Origin: Balamuthia mandrillaris
Taxonomy: Eukaryota
Reading direction: 5' to 3'
Assembly: GCA_031835245.2 (NCBI GenBank)
Contig: JAVKOQ020000087.1
Location: forward strand, 124,001-186,412
DNA: 62,412 bases
Shown here: positions 50,768 to 62,412 of the stretch, piece after piece
Position numbering within the stretch: position 1 is the stretch's first letter
How the letters are laid out: the number at the start of each line of letters is the position of its first letter
Notes under the pieces: model-generated
What the model saw: only the letters and a program-made list of their open reading frames with translations
The model's database searches: none
What the model was told of the DNA's origin: nothing
Made by a program: the position numbers and the translations under genes

Positions 50768-52698
50768 CTAATGCTTATTGCCAACCCGTGGGACAATGAA
50801 TACAGCTTCTTCTTGTGTCTCAGCGTTTGTGAAAATGGCGAAAACTTGATGTGCTGCCAAGTTTCTACCAGATACTTGATTCTTTACTCGGAAAGAGAAG
50901 AAAATGCTCTGGAAAACGGTGGCTTGCAGAGTGTCATCCATTTTATTGGGATATTCAGTGCTGAAGCAGCAAAATGTTAATCATCTGCTAAGAAAGGAAG
51001 GAAAAGAGAGAGGGAGAGCATAGAGAACTTACGAGGGGTCTGTGCTCTGATCTTCTTCTTCCTTGGACTCCACCACTTTAAGCACAAAGTCAGAGATGGT
51101 GATAGGGGTAATGACCTTCAAGCTGCGGACAACTTTGTTGCTGGTGATGTAAGGGCTGTTCTTAGTGGTCTGACCACTTGCATTCACGGGAGAAACGCTA
51201 AGCTCCATAGCGTAGAAGCCCGTGTTGGGTTTGGTGGCAAGGAAGTTGAAGCTGTAAGCGGTGTTTTTAGGGTCCTTGTCAGACACTGGAAGAAGTTCTT
51301 GGTTCATGGCCACGATATTAGTTCCCTCGTTTACTGGAAACGCTTTAACGATATACACTCTGGCCTTGGTGGCAAAGTTTCCTTGAATATCCGTTATTTG
51401 GACCTGTTTTTAAGAAAATTGGAGAGCAGAACCGCTTAGCGGAGACAATTAAAGCCATTTTCATGTAGAAGGGTGCGAAACATACCTTGACGTGGCCTTC
51501 TTCGCCTTTGCTTGTTGTGAGAAGAGAGGATGTGGGCAGGGTCAAGGCGAGGGGTTGCAGCTTAAACTTGTTAGAGGCCATGAGATTTACAGCTTCCAGA
51601 ACGAAGTGCGCGTCCTGCAGGTTGCTTGCGTGCTTATGTTGCACAAAATACTCGGCCATTCCGACCACTTGGGCCTATCATCATGGAGAGCATCGATAAA
51701 CATTATAAAAGTAGGTCAGTGAATGCTCTTTTATCATATGTTGGACCGAAACAACGAGAGAAGAGAAAGACAGACACGGAGACACGGAGACACATAGACA
51801 CAGAGGGTATTCAAACCGCTGAAGGGGCAAGTTCAGCGTCAGGGAGGGCAGCAGCGAGGGCGTTGAGGCCAGTCCAGACAAGGGAGGTAGCTCGTAGGTT
51901 AGCGAGGGGGTCTTGCGGGTGGATAAACTCCAAGATGCCTTCCTCTTCTTCAGCGAGAAGAAAGAGGTCGGAAACGCTCTCCACGAGGGTGCTAAGCTTG
52001 CTGCCTTCCTGGTCTGGGGATAGGCCAAACTCAGAAAAAAGTATGGCAAGGGAGTGATAAGCAAGTCCCGCATAGAGGGGAGATCCCTCAGTGTCGTCTT
52101 CCATGTTCTTGAATGAAGCGTCCACGTCCAAGAGATCAAGGATTTTCTCCAAGACGCTGGGAAGATCACTTTCATCCAACTGTGCGTGCTTGTTACGCTT
52201 AAGAAGGGCAAGGGTGCTGAGGGCCGCGTGAATGTCCTCGAGCGTGCCTGTTACGGCGGCGCTCTCCAATGAAGAGACGACCTCCTTCTTCACCTTCTCT
52301 CCGCAGTTGAGCTTCTCCACCAAATGAGCGGCAAAGAATATATCCTTGAGGTCAGCGGAGGAGCGCGCGGCCGCAAGAGCGTTTTTGCCCTGCTGGCACA
52401 ACAGGTCCTTGTGGGGCACTTCACCCACTTTCCCACCCAGCCCTGCAAGAACGGAGACAGCGTAGAAGCTGTCACTCAGATCTTGACTGCTACCGAACAA
52501 CCCCTCCTTCTTCTGGAGGGACAGCACGCTTTTCTTGAGGGTGGCAGCGTCCTGGGCCGAGAAGAAGTCAGTGAGACAGGTGGTGCCAGCACCAGCCACC
52601 GCGGCAGGCGCCACCATCAACACTACCGCCGCCAGCAACAAGGCCACGGAGAGGCATACTCCCCATAGCGTACTGCTTTGGATGGTTCTCTGGGTCAT
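50768..52698 (-). pseudogene. RPN2: Oligosaccharyltransferase subunit ribophorin II (Swp1), C-terminally truncated
   Basis: Signal peptide and lumenal domains are present, and the third domain reads EYPNK..L.AT..Q...F.VK...SG....HQVF..F.N.ET.EE.VF. There is a 1-nt frame break at about 50884 and a stop at 50768, with no transmembrane C-terminus found. Confidence 0.65.
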
Positions 52699-53011
52699 TG
52701 TTTGTGCTTGATTGGTAGAGAGGAACGGTGTGAGGGGCCGACCGATCGTGCCTTGGCTGAGGTTGAGGGGGGAGAAGGAGGAGGGCTAGTAGTAGTTGGC
52801 ACAACCAAGAAGGAAATAAATGCGCTCTCTCTCTGGCAAACGGAGGTGCCACCCCTCATGTAGAACTCAATCTTATTCGTCGACATTTAGGGCAACACAA
52901 CAGCAAGCAATCAAGCAAGCAAGCAACCGCGGCTGCCGCTCCTCCTCCCCCCTGAAGGGTTTGCAGTCTCGTTAACGAGTCGACCAGCAGCTCCTGGTTT
53001 GCAGTCTGACC

Positions 53012-53840
53012 ATGAAAGCAGCCAAACTACAGCCTTTTGTAATGCGCAGCTCACCTTGCACCTCTTTTTGGGGGGCTGCCTCGCGGCGTTCACGTGCTTG
53101 CCTCTCCTTCCGGGCAGGCTCGCCTTCTGCTTTGACCTCTGCCGCCGCCTCCTCCTCTTCCCACTTTTCCTCCCTTGCTGCTGTTCGCTATACCGTACAG
53201 GTAGCCCCCGTTCCCCTTTCATCGTGGTGTCTTGCGCTTTCCTCTGAAACTTTGTACTCCGCTAGCCACAACGAGGCTTTGCCTCTGCGACAGACCCCGC
53301 AGCCAAAAACGAGAAGCAAGAGGCGGCGTCACTGCGCACTTTCAGTAGGGAGGAGGTCGCCAAACACAACCGCCCTGGAGACATTTGGGTTATCATCAAC
53401 CGTAAGGTCTACAACATCTCTTTGTGGGCCAACGTGCACCCTGGAGGCTTGCAAGTTCTCATTGATGTACGCGTTTTACCCTCCCCCTTTGTTTTAGCCC
53501 TTGGGGCGTGGGTGGGGGTGCCCTCCTCAGCCCCTGCCTCCACTCTCTTTCCTTGTTCCCTCCCTACAAACCAACGAACGGACGCATAACCACTTGCAAA
53601 CAGCACGCAGGGAAGGATGCCACGGTAAGCTGGGCCAACGCCGGACATGGCTACAGAGCAAGGTCTCTCATGAAACAGTTTTTGATAGGGCAAGTGCTAG
53701 ACGAACCGAGGTTCACTGGCGTGGAGCATCCCTTTGGCTTTTATGACTCTGACAAAGCACAACTCCCCCACTGCTTTCAAGGGGAACAGCTCTTGCTTGA
53801 AGAGATCGCAGACGTCACCGACCCTTCTCGCAATTCTTAG
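53012..53840 (+). CDS. Cytochrome b5-domain protein with a presequence-like R/S/A-rich N-terminus, 3 exons
   Basis: FSREEVAKHN..GDIWVIINRKVYNI......HPGG.....|HAGKDAT..W..AGH...A......F.IG, with both heme-ligating His present. The start is at 53012 or 53042. Confidence 0.88.
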
Positions 53841-53912
53841 TATGTTTCTATTATTTTCCTCTATATATTCACAACCATAACAACAATAGGCTGCCATCTC
53901 CGGATGGTTGGC

Positions 53913-54070
53913 TTAAAGGTGAGCAAATCGTGTGTGACCTATCGCGCTTCCATGTTCCTCGTACTGATGGCGGCTAAGCTTAGATCGCTGATAGCGATCC
54001 TGTTCCACGAACACCGTCCCTCCTTGCCAGGCACCCATTATTGGACTGCAATGACGGTTCCTATCAGTTG

Positions 54071-54120
<50 letters not shown>

Positions 54121-56211
54121 CAGTACTCTTCGAGGGTGGTGACCCGCACCACCACACCTTCGGGGGCTAGCGCTCTCACGTCCTGCAAACTAAGCGTAGT
54201 TGAGAAGGAGTTTTAGCTCGATAACCCCGTCATCGCTGCGAGAAAGAAGGGCAAGCCGTACACTCGCTGCTGGAAATTGGGGAACTGTGCACTGCCCCCT
54301 GTGAGCACAATATTGCCGTAGAGATGAGGTCGTATATCATCATGAGCTGCTTCAATGCTCTGTACAATGGTCTCTGCAATGCCAGCTTGGTCAATCCCTA
54401 AGGAACAGTAGTTGTTGTTGGGAGGTATTAAGTATTGCCGCAGTTCTTGGATAAAGGCGCAAAAACAAGCAGTATGAACGTACCGATATCAGATGGATGA
54501 AACAGAATCTCAGGTATCACTATCCGCTCGTTGTTCATGACCAAAATTTGCTGATGGATTAAAAGTCACACAAGTGAGTAAACCCACAAATGAAAGTTCT
54601 TGCGAGAATGCGGGGATGGGGTGGGCTAGAGGGCTACAGAAGCGCCCATCCTCTTTCCCATCGGCGCGTCCCCATACGGCGAGAAAAATAACCTTGTCTT
54701 CTGGAATCGGGGAGCCCTCCTTCATCACCCAACCACGGTCGGTAGTGGTGTAATCGGGGAGTACATAATGCCGTTTAATGCTATTCAATGGGTCTCTGTT
54801 TGTGTGGTTAGATAACAGCATTGCAAAGTTAGGATACTAGCATTTACCGTGTAGCTTGCATGTCCTTCATAAATTGAAGCGACACAAAGCACAATCGCTC
54901 TTTCACCACGTTCATTAGAAGAGTTTCTTCCATCATATTCCAAGTCCTGGAAAGACAGGGAAGAACGAAAAACGTTTAAGCTAACATGTAGCACAAAGTC
55001 GATAAGAGAGCACTAGAACAGAGGGGCCGCTACCGAAACGAAACAACTTCTTTGAGATAATTGGTGAGTGCCTTACCCCCAACGTTTATCCGTTTTATGG
55101 CGTGGTTGATTTTGTGTTGACCGAAGAAGGGCACAACGTGTGTTGCTGAATAGCCACAGTCCACTAACAGAGTGCAGGGTTTGTGTGCTACATCTTCATT
55201 GCTTGCTTGCAGTTGTGCAGTACCGGCACGTGTTTCCTTCTCATGCTGTATCACACTCAGCAATTGTGCTGGAGTTTCAAGTGTTGACAGAAGAATAGAG
55301 GGGAGGGGGAGGCAGAGGCAGAGGCAGAGGCAGAGGCAGAGGCAGAGGCAGAGGCAGAGGCAGAGGCAGAGGCAGAGGCAGAGGCAGAGGCAGAGGCAGA
55401 GGCAGAGGCAGAGGCAGAGGCAGAGGCAGAGGCAGAGGCAGAGGCAGAGGCAGAGGCAGAGGCAGAGGCAGAGGCAGCAAGGAAGAGAGTAAGGTAAGTG
55501 GGTAGTGATAAGATAGGCATGGGGAATAATGGCGTACAAGAAGGGCAACACACGGAGCGGAAGCCATACTCTTCAAATAGCACCTCAAACATGACGTCTT
55601 GCAACTCCAAAGGATTGAACAAGGGTTGCGTGACCAACAGTTCGTGTTCATTGGCCTGCAGCTGGAAGGAGAGGGTGAGACCAGACCAGCCATGACGCGC
55701 TAATGAGCAGAATAGGGTGGGGGAGGTGTACCTGCAAGCCATGTGGACCAAGAGCCCGGTCCAGAACCTCTTTTTGTACCTCCCAGTTAACAAGGTAGCC
55801 CTTCCAAAGAGAAGCAAAGTCAGCGAGGAAAACAGGCCTGGGTGTGGGGCAGTACTAATTCTCCACTGTACCTTCTCAAAAGGTCGCTGGTAGAACAGGG
55901 AGGAAGTGTCCACACAACTACCTAGCTCTTCGCCCACAAACTTTCTCCGCTCGCTCTTCGACTTAACAACCTGGTTTGGGGTGGCTGACCTGCGATCGTC
56001 CAGCGTTGGTACATCATCACCACCACCAGTTTGGAGGGGAGCAAGCTCTCATTAACATATGAATGAAGGAAAGAAAGAAACGACAAGAAACGACAAGAAA
56101 GAAAGAAACGCACCGTGGAGGACGGGAACTGGTTCCCACTCGCAAGTTGGCGCCGCCCAAGTCCAGCACCAGCACCTCCTCCTGCTGCTCCTGCTCTTGG
56201 CCCAGCAGCAT
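53913..56211 (-). CDS. ACTR6: Actin-related protein 6 (SWR1 complex), multi-exon
   Basis: LFYQRPFEK|GYLVNW, TQPLFNP...EVLFEEYGF, LVDCGYSATHVVPF, RINVGGK.LTNYLKE, YVLPDY, NNER..PEILFHPSDIG and PI.GAWQGG. Confidence 0.93.
55311..55476 (+). repeat. Perfect (GGCAGA)n hexamer microsatellite in an ARP6 intron
   Basis: Read directly from the sequence. Confidence 0.97.
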
Positions 56212-56533
56212 CACGACAGGCCGTCTCCTCCTCCTCCTCGTTGTTGAGAGGACCCACACTTTACTTAATATTAGCCTAGTTCCCAACCTAATAGATGAAG
56301 CGCTGAAGAAGAAGAAAGAGGGGTGTCCCAACCACAACAACGACGAGGAGGAGGAAGAGGAGCAAGGCACCAAAAGCGCGTTGGAGCCTTACCGCTTAGA
56401 AGCCCATCCCTAATAAGAGTCCTCGCGATTCTTGGAGCTCACCTCCCTTGCTTGTGCAAGCAAGATCCTCCTGCTACCTAGTCCTGACGGCCGTTACCGT
56501 GAGCCACCCGTTTTTTTGATCGTGGCAGCACCG

Positions 56534-57667
56534 ATGGAACCTTCATCCTCCAGCTCAGCGCAACTCAGACCTGTTTACTCACATGAAAGGGAACAGATGT
56601 TAACTGGTGCTTCCATCTCACGCCTCTACTCTCTTTTCTTGTTTCTTAACTTAGCGCTCGCTATTTCTCCTAGAATTTGCACAGCGACCAGACAAGGACG
56701 GTGCCTTGTCCGACGAGCTGTTGCAAGTGGTCAAAGACTTGGCCCTCATTGGGCTCCCTTGGTAGGAGGACCACCCACGCCCTTCCTTTTTTTCTCTCCC
56801 AGTTGTACGTATATGTGACCTGTTGCTTTGTTTCTTCGCTCATGCCAGCTACCATGGGACCACCTGAAGGTCCTGCTTTCCTGTTTGTTGGAGAAGGTTT
56901 CTCTCGTCCTCCCTCTCTTCACCTCCCTCTCCCTCTTTTCCACCCGCCTCACAAGCTAACTTGTGTCTGCTATATCTGTTTTTAGAGAGTGACAGACATG
57001 AACAACGCCTTTCCCGGTTGCGACAGCTTCGAGCAGCGGAAAACACAGCTCGTTTCCTCCCTCAATTCTTTTCTGGGGTAAGTCTTTTTAGCGGGCGGGC
57101 TTGCTTGCACAACAATCTAACACTTAAGTTTGTGAAGACCTCCATTCACGCTACAGCGCCTCTGTGAACTGCTGGTAGAGGAGAAGCCCTACACTAACAC
57201 TACCAAGTACATGAACGCTCTAGAAAAGGTTTGATACACAAAAGAATGTATGGTGATGGAAAGAGGAGGAGGTTCTATCTAACGATACTCCATTCCTAAC
57301 AATGCAGATGTTTGCGGTGAGTGGCACAATGCCCACCCTCTCCCCTGCTGAATACAACCGAGCCATAGAGCAACAACATGCTGCCTTCCAGGCAGCTCTC
57401 TCCATCCCAACTCCAGGCCAACCCCAAAACTCTTTCTCTGGGATAAATGAGGAGCAGTTCCAGATTGCAGCTGTCATGCCTGACACAAACGCCACTTCCA
57501 CGGAGACTACCGATGCCACAGCTGAGTCTCCCTCTCCCTCCTCTTCTTCTAGCCTCTCTGCTTCCTCCTCCTCTTCTTCCGACAGTAGCTCTCTTCATAG
57601 CAACGCTTCCATATCCCCTACCACCACATCAGACGAAGTGGGCGAACCTGAGCCTATGGACTTGTAA
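56534..57667 (+). CDS. PPP4R2: Protein phosphatase 4 regulatory subunit 2 (Psy4), spliced
   Basis: PWDHLK.LL...LEK and the hallmark PPFTLQRLCELL....Y....KYMNALEK. The frame at about 56850 is unresolved. Confidence 0.8.
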
Positions 57668-57679
57668 ATCAGCGTCCTC

Positions 57680-57718
<39 letters not shown>

Positions 57719-57919
57719 AGCTGGCATTAGTGTCCGAGTAATAAGCAAGTTTATTGTAGGCGAGTAAGACATAAAATAATTAACAGAAGATAAAAGAAAC
57801 ACGCTCAAGGATAGGAAGGGAAGCAGGCTGCTTCCTTTGAAGAGCCCATCACAGAGTGAACAGCTTAAGGGCAGAGGTGATACTTGGGTTTGGGTCCCAT
57901 CTTATAACGCGCATGGTTA

Positions 57920-58870
57920 TCAACTAACTTTGATGGTAGTGGGATAAAAATCTGCTTGTTGCATGACTTCTTCTTTCTTCCTGGACAGGAAGTGCAGAAA
58001 AGAAAGCAAGTTGGCGCCTCGTCCCCTCTTCCGTGACTTCCCATCCTCAAAGGAGGAGGGTACTGATGATGAGGGATAAGGCAAAAAAGAGTTAAAACAA
58101 AATGCAAACACACAAAATAAAAGAGACGGAGATAGAAACAAAGGGTTGCAGGGAAGACCAACCATTTGTGTGAGCCCCAGGCAGGGTGCTCTCGTTGGCT
58201 GTGAGAGACAAGAAGAATGCAAAAGGCACGAGCCAGACCATGATCACAAAGAAAGCAAGGATCTCGCTGAATGGATAGTAGTACTGTGTGAAGTAATGAA
58301 ACCATAAAAAGTGGGCTATCACCGCCAAAGCTGGTAGTCAAGCGAGGTATTTTTTTTTTAACAGTCAGCACAGCACGGGCAAATGGAAGCAGAGAGAAAG
58401 AGTAAGAGAATTGCGTAGATCGAGAAAGAGAAAGAGATCACGAACCACAACTGCCCACAAAACGAACGTCCGTGAGTTCAAACAAAGGAAAGCTGCGGAG
58501 GAGGGAGAGGTAAAAGAGATGGGCCACAATGCCAATGCCGGTGTGCAGGTAGGGAAATTCTTCAAAGAAAGGAAGAGCCAAGTGCAAGCCCAACACTGTG
58601 AACACTGTGTAGCGAATGAGCCTCTTCGTGAACATTGTGTACTCTTCCACCCATTCAGCCAGGTAGTATAACCCACTCGCTGAACCACGGCCAAGTCGGT
58701 GGGTTTAATGTGTGGATTAGTGAGGGAGGGGGTTAGCCAGACAGGACCAAGGCAAGAGAGGTGTTAGTGGTGGCCACCACCATCAGCGCGGCCTGCGTAC
58801 CCAAACACACGAGACCAAACAAGGCCAGCAATGCGTAGCAGAGGTAAACCAGAGCACCCACCAGCAACAT
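57920..58870 (-). CDS. TEX261: TEX261/Svp26 ER-Golgi membrane adaptor, 4 exons
   Basis: ASGLYYLAEWVEEYTM.TKR.I, HFLWFHYF and FFVIMVWLVPFAFFLSLTANE.TLP. Confidence 0.92.
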
Positions 58871-59057
58871 CTTTTGGTCCTGCTCTCGCCCTGCCCTCGC
58901 CTTCCCCCAACCCAACCCAAACAAACAAAAAATAAATAAATAAAAAGCGAAACAAAAAAAAAAAGAAACAAAAAAACAGAACACAGAAACAAAACCCCAA
59001 GCAAGCAAGTGGTGCAATGTACAAGGCGAAAGAAAGTATTCACTTTAGTATTTATAT

Positions 59058-59486
59058 TTAGTATTTATATTTGGTGGAATAGTCCTTTGGGGAGACGACG
59101 AGGCCCCTTCCTTTTCGTGCCCCAAGGTACACGGTTTCAACGATATCAATCATTTCTTGCTTATCGTTAAGAGCCCAGTTGATCTTGTTGTTGTTGCCAG
59201 TGCCCAAGTCGATCATAATGTGTTTGTTGCGATAAAAGAACATCACCGTTACAGGATCATACAATTCATACATTTTGTTAAAGTCGGGCACCTCGGTGAT
59301 GTCGACCACGTAGATTACGGCCATGTTGCTGACCTTGTCCGCCATGGCGTACAAGATTTCGTCCATCTTCATGCACTCGGGTTCCCAGTCATGGCCAAAC
59401 CGGATAATCACCAAGCGGTCTTCCTCTGCAAGGATGGCTTGGTCCACAGCCCAACCGCTGTGCAAGTGCGTCAAAAAGTAGGACAT
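59058..59486 (-). CDS. TXNL4A: U5 snRNP thioredoxin-like protein Dim1, intronless
   Basis: MSYFLTHLHSGWAVDQAILAEEDRLVIIRFGHDW...GRGLVVSPKDYSTKYKY*. Confidence 0.98.
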   Translation of the reverse strand: MSYFLTHLHSGWAVDQAILAEEDRLVIIRFGHDWEPECMKMDEILYAMADKVSNMAVIYVVDITEVPDFNKMYELYDPVTVMFFYRNKHIMIDLGTGNNNKINWALNDKQEMIDIVETVYLGARKGRGLVVSPKDYSTKYKY

Positions 59487-59800
59487 GTTGTTGTTGTTGT
59501 TCTTCTTTGCTTTCAAAGCTGGTGGTGGTTGCCCAAAGAGAAGAATTCTGCGAGGGGTTGAAGAGTTTTTGTTTTCGAACTTTCCCTGAGGGGTCGGTCA
59601 TTCACCATAGTTTTTTTAGGTGTCTCCCTTAACGACCAAGCTTAAGGGAAGGTGCTCCTCACACGCTCTAACGCAAAGGAGAGCTCGCGTCTTTTTAATC
59701 GCCTTTGCCCCCTTGGTCGCGCGCAAGCAACAGTACCACCACCTTTCTGTACACCCCCCACAGAACAGCGCGCCAGCACTTGCGGCAGGGAAATCTAGTC

Positions 59801-61935
59801 ATGACAGACCTGGACCAAGTTATCCAAGACCCAAAGCGCGCTGCGCTCAACGTTTGGAGAAAGGGGTTTGTGTGGAAATTTTCTTTTGTAGGGTTGTTGT
59901 TAATCAACTTATGCATTTTCTTGTCCTCACTGCAGCAAAGACGCTGTGATGAACACACCTGAGATGGAGATTAAGGTGCGAGAAGCCACTTCAAATGTAG
60001 AATGGGGACCAAGCACCACCCAAATGGGGGAAATTGCTGCTGCTACCTTCCAATAGTAACCTCTCTTCCTCTCTTCCTTGTTGCTTTTGAACACTACTTA
60101 TTTGGATTGTTTTACCTCAAGTCATCAACTTCCAATTGTGATGCACGCCATATGGGCAAGAATCCACGAAGCAGGTCGTCATTGGAGGCACATTTACAAG
60201 GTTTGTACGCCATTGACACCAAAACAACTCATCATTATTATTCCTGCACGCTGAGTGGTGTCAACAATTTGTGGCTTCGTTTGGGTTTTAGAGCCTCTTG
60301 CTGCTGGAGTATATCCTTCGCCATGGATCTGAACAAGCAATCCGAGACATACAGGCACACAGTCATCAATTGCAACGATTGACTCACTACCATTTGATTG
60401 ACTCTAAGCGTGTGGACCGTGGCCAAACAGGTGAGACCCCACCCTTCTCTCCGTGTCATCGCCTACTAAGCAAAGAACTACAGTGCGTCAGAGAACCAAA
60501 GCCCTGCTTGAGTTATTACAAGATTCTAAGCGCCTGAAGGAAGAACGTGCTCAGGCCAAAAAAAATAGAGACAAATACACAGGTCATGGCTCTGATTCGT
60601 CCGGCCTTGGTGGCGGCAGTACGTATCTTTTTTTTTCGGGTGCCCCAATGTGCTAACTCTGACTTCACAGATTATTATAGTGATACCCGCCACAGAGACC
60701 CAAGGTTTGGTTTGCTAACTGTTACCCGTTTCCTATTTCTAACCATGTTTCCAATTGGGACAATTAGTGATATTTCTCGCAGAGATGCATACCAGAGAAG
60801 AGGAACGGGAGATAAAAAGCACAACTCAGATGACGATTCTGATTCTCTCTCTGACGATCAAGCCTCGGATTCTGGCTACTTTTCTGATGAAGAGCCCTCT
60901 GCCAGTGAGGGCACTGCCACTCCAGCAAAGGCTGGAAGTACAGATTCTGAAGTTCCTCCCAAAAGCAAAGGGACTACCACTTCTGAGCTGTTACTCTCTC
61001 TTTTTGATGAACCCGCTCCCACTGCTTCGCCATCCTTGCAAACCTCTTTCCCTGGGCAATCTATGCCTGCAGGAGTAGGGGTCTTCACGGCCACCCCTTC
61101 TTCAATTCTGTCTAATGCTAGATCAGCGCAACCCACTGCCTTTCCTTCAGCTACAAGCACCGCACCTGCTTCATTTGATTTGTTCGATTCTCTGAATACA
61201 ACACCCTCAGTTCCTGCCCAATCAACGTCTCAATCCGTTTCAACGGGTGCATGTAGGTATCTTTGCCTCTAAGTGATGTGCGCGTGTTAACCTGTTTCGT
61301 GCTGTTTTTGATAGCAGCTGAAGGCGACTGGGATTCGTTTGTGAAGTTTGAGGATACCAAGGTTGGTTTGCCTCCTCGTCGCTTGTTCTTTACCCCGATT
61401 GTTGTATTTTTTTTAAATTTTTGTCTCAATATCCTAGAGCAAGGATGATCTTTGGTCCAAGCATCAAAATCTGTTTGATTTACAACATCTTAACATTTCA
61501 GATAAGCCCAAAGGAACTGTTGCTAGTACTCAAAGCCAACATGCTTCAACTTCTTCTACAACTACCGTCAAAAGTACAAATACAACTCGTACTACCACAC
61601 CAGTTTCAACCAAGACAGCATTTGGAGGAAACGCCTGGCCTCATTCTCCTACTGGTCTCTCCACCTTAACGCCTTCAATAGGAGGATCGGGTAGCCCAAT
61701 ATATGCTTCAACGCTCCCTCAAACCACTGCCTATGGTAATGGTGGTGTCATGCCCCTTGGAGCCTTTTATGGCCCCACTACTACTATGCCAACTCCTGGT
61801 TATCCTCTTGCTGGGTATCCACCTGCTGCTTATCCCTCTACTGGCTATCCTCCTGCTGGTTATTCCTCTACCGTTTATTCAGGTGGCACCACGGCCTGGC
61901 CTGGCAGCACCACTCCTGCTTTCAAAAACAATTAA
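59801..61935 (+). CDS. ENTH-domain clathrin adaptor (epsin/epsinR-like), multi-exon
   Basis: EIKVREATSN.EWGPS, IW.RI.....WRHIYK|SLLLLEYI...GSE, DRG..VR.....L.ELL.D...L.EER..A...RDKY.G, followed by a low-complexity tail with DLF/DLW motifs. Confidence 0.9.
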
Positions 61936-62412
61936 TACTTTTCTTTCAACTCATAACAACAACATAAAAAACAAAAAGATCTTTTTGTTACTATTTACTT
62001 TGAAAAAAAATATTATGAGAAGAAAACAAGTGCTTTTGAACTTTTAAAAGTTGTTATCATAAGTAACAATCTAAGGTACTAAATAAAAAAACAGAATTTA
62101 AATTCAAAGTATAAGGGAAAAATGATTTTATGTAGTATTATTGTAGTTATTCAAGTTTTGAGAAATAAAAATATTGTTGTTTTATTGCTTTCCTTCAACA
62201 AGAATGAAGCATACACTTAATTTTCATAAATATAAATGCCAATATCTGATAATCTAGATAATTTAGATATGTTTTGCTGCCAAATGCTTGTTACACTTGT
62301 TAATATGTATTTTTTACTGCAAATCCCTTTTGATCAACAAAAGCACTCATAAACAATGCAAACAGATCAATTGAAAAATGTAGGTGAAGATCAAAGGTCT
62401 GTTTAAAGCAAA

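Noticed and set aside
55030..55693. CLCLCL/ASASAS/RQRQRQ/LPLPLP ORFs
   Set aside because: These are frames of the intronic (GGCAGA)n repeat in ARP6.
56750..56860. Frame discontinuity in PPP4R2
   Set aside because: A single missing base in a short C run or an unrecognised splice site explains it, so it is most likely not biological.

Overview
Intron-rich, gene-dense eukaryotic genomic DNA with short GT-AG introns full of (CT)n/(GA)n microsatellites. The gene content and style suggest a free-living amoebozoan, which is an inference and not a species identification. About 23 host genes can be reconstructed by joining exons across the ORF track: Rac-FYVE-like GTPase, UTP23, F-box/YEATS protein, Pelota, MIS12, Csm1, an ACAP-type ArfGAP, a DH-PH-FYVE RhoGEF, cystatin, ZSWIM7/SWS1, PEX1, TMEM234, PRA1, a HAD phosphatase, BUB2, a RhoGAP with an arrestin-like domain, a CaMK-group kinase, an F-box protein, cytochrome b5, ARP6, PPP4R2, TEX261, DIM1 and an ENTH protein. 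RPN2 is also present but truncated. Two accessory regions stand out. (1) At 40513-42873 an intact, intronless 786-aa ORF carries the RAG1/Transib-type DDE and zinc-ligand motifs plus a duplicated N-terminal Cys/His module. It is flanked by B-box-like repeats, a (GGCGTT)n array and a candidate CAC-starting terminal inverted repeat. (2) At about 23494-27820 a decayed PIF/Harbinger(ISL2EU)-like transposon region, containing a perfect 28-bp hairpin, sits between two long direct repeats of the 3' end of ZSWIM7. Gene spans include introns, and exon boundaries were read by eye.
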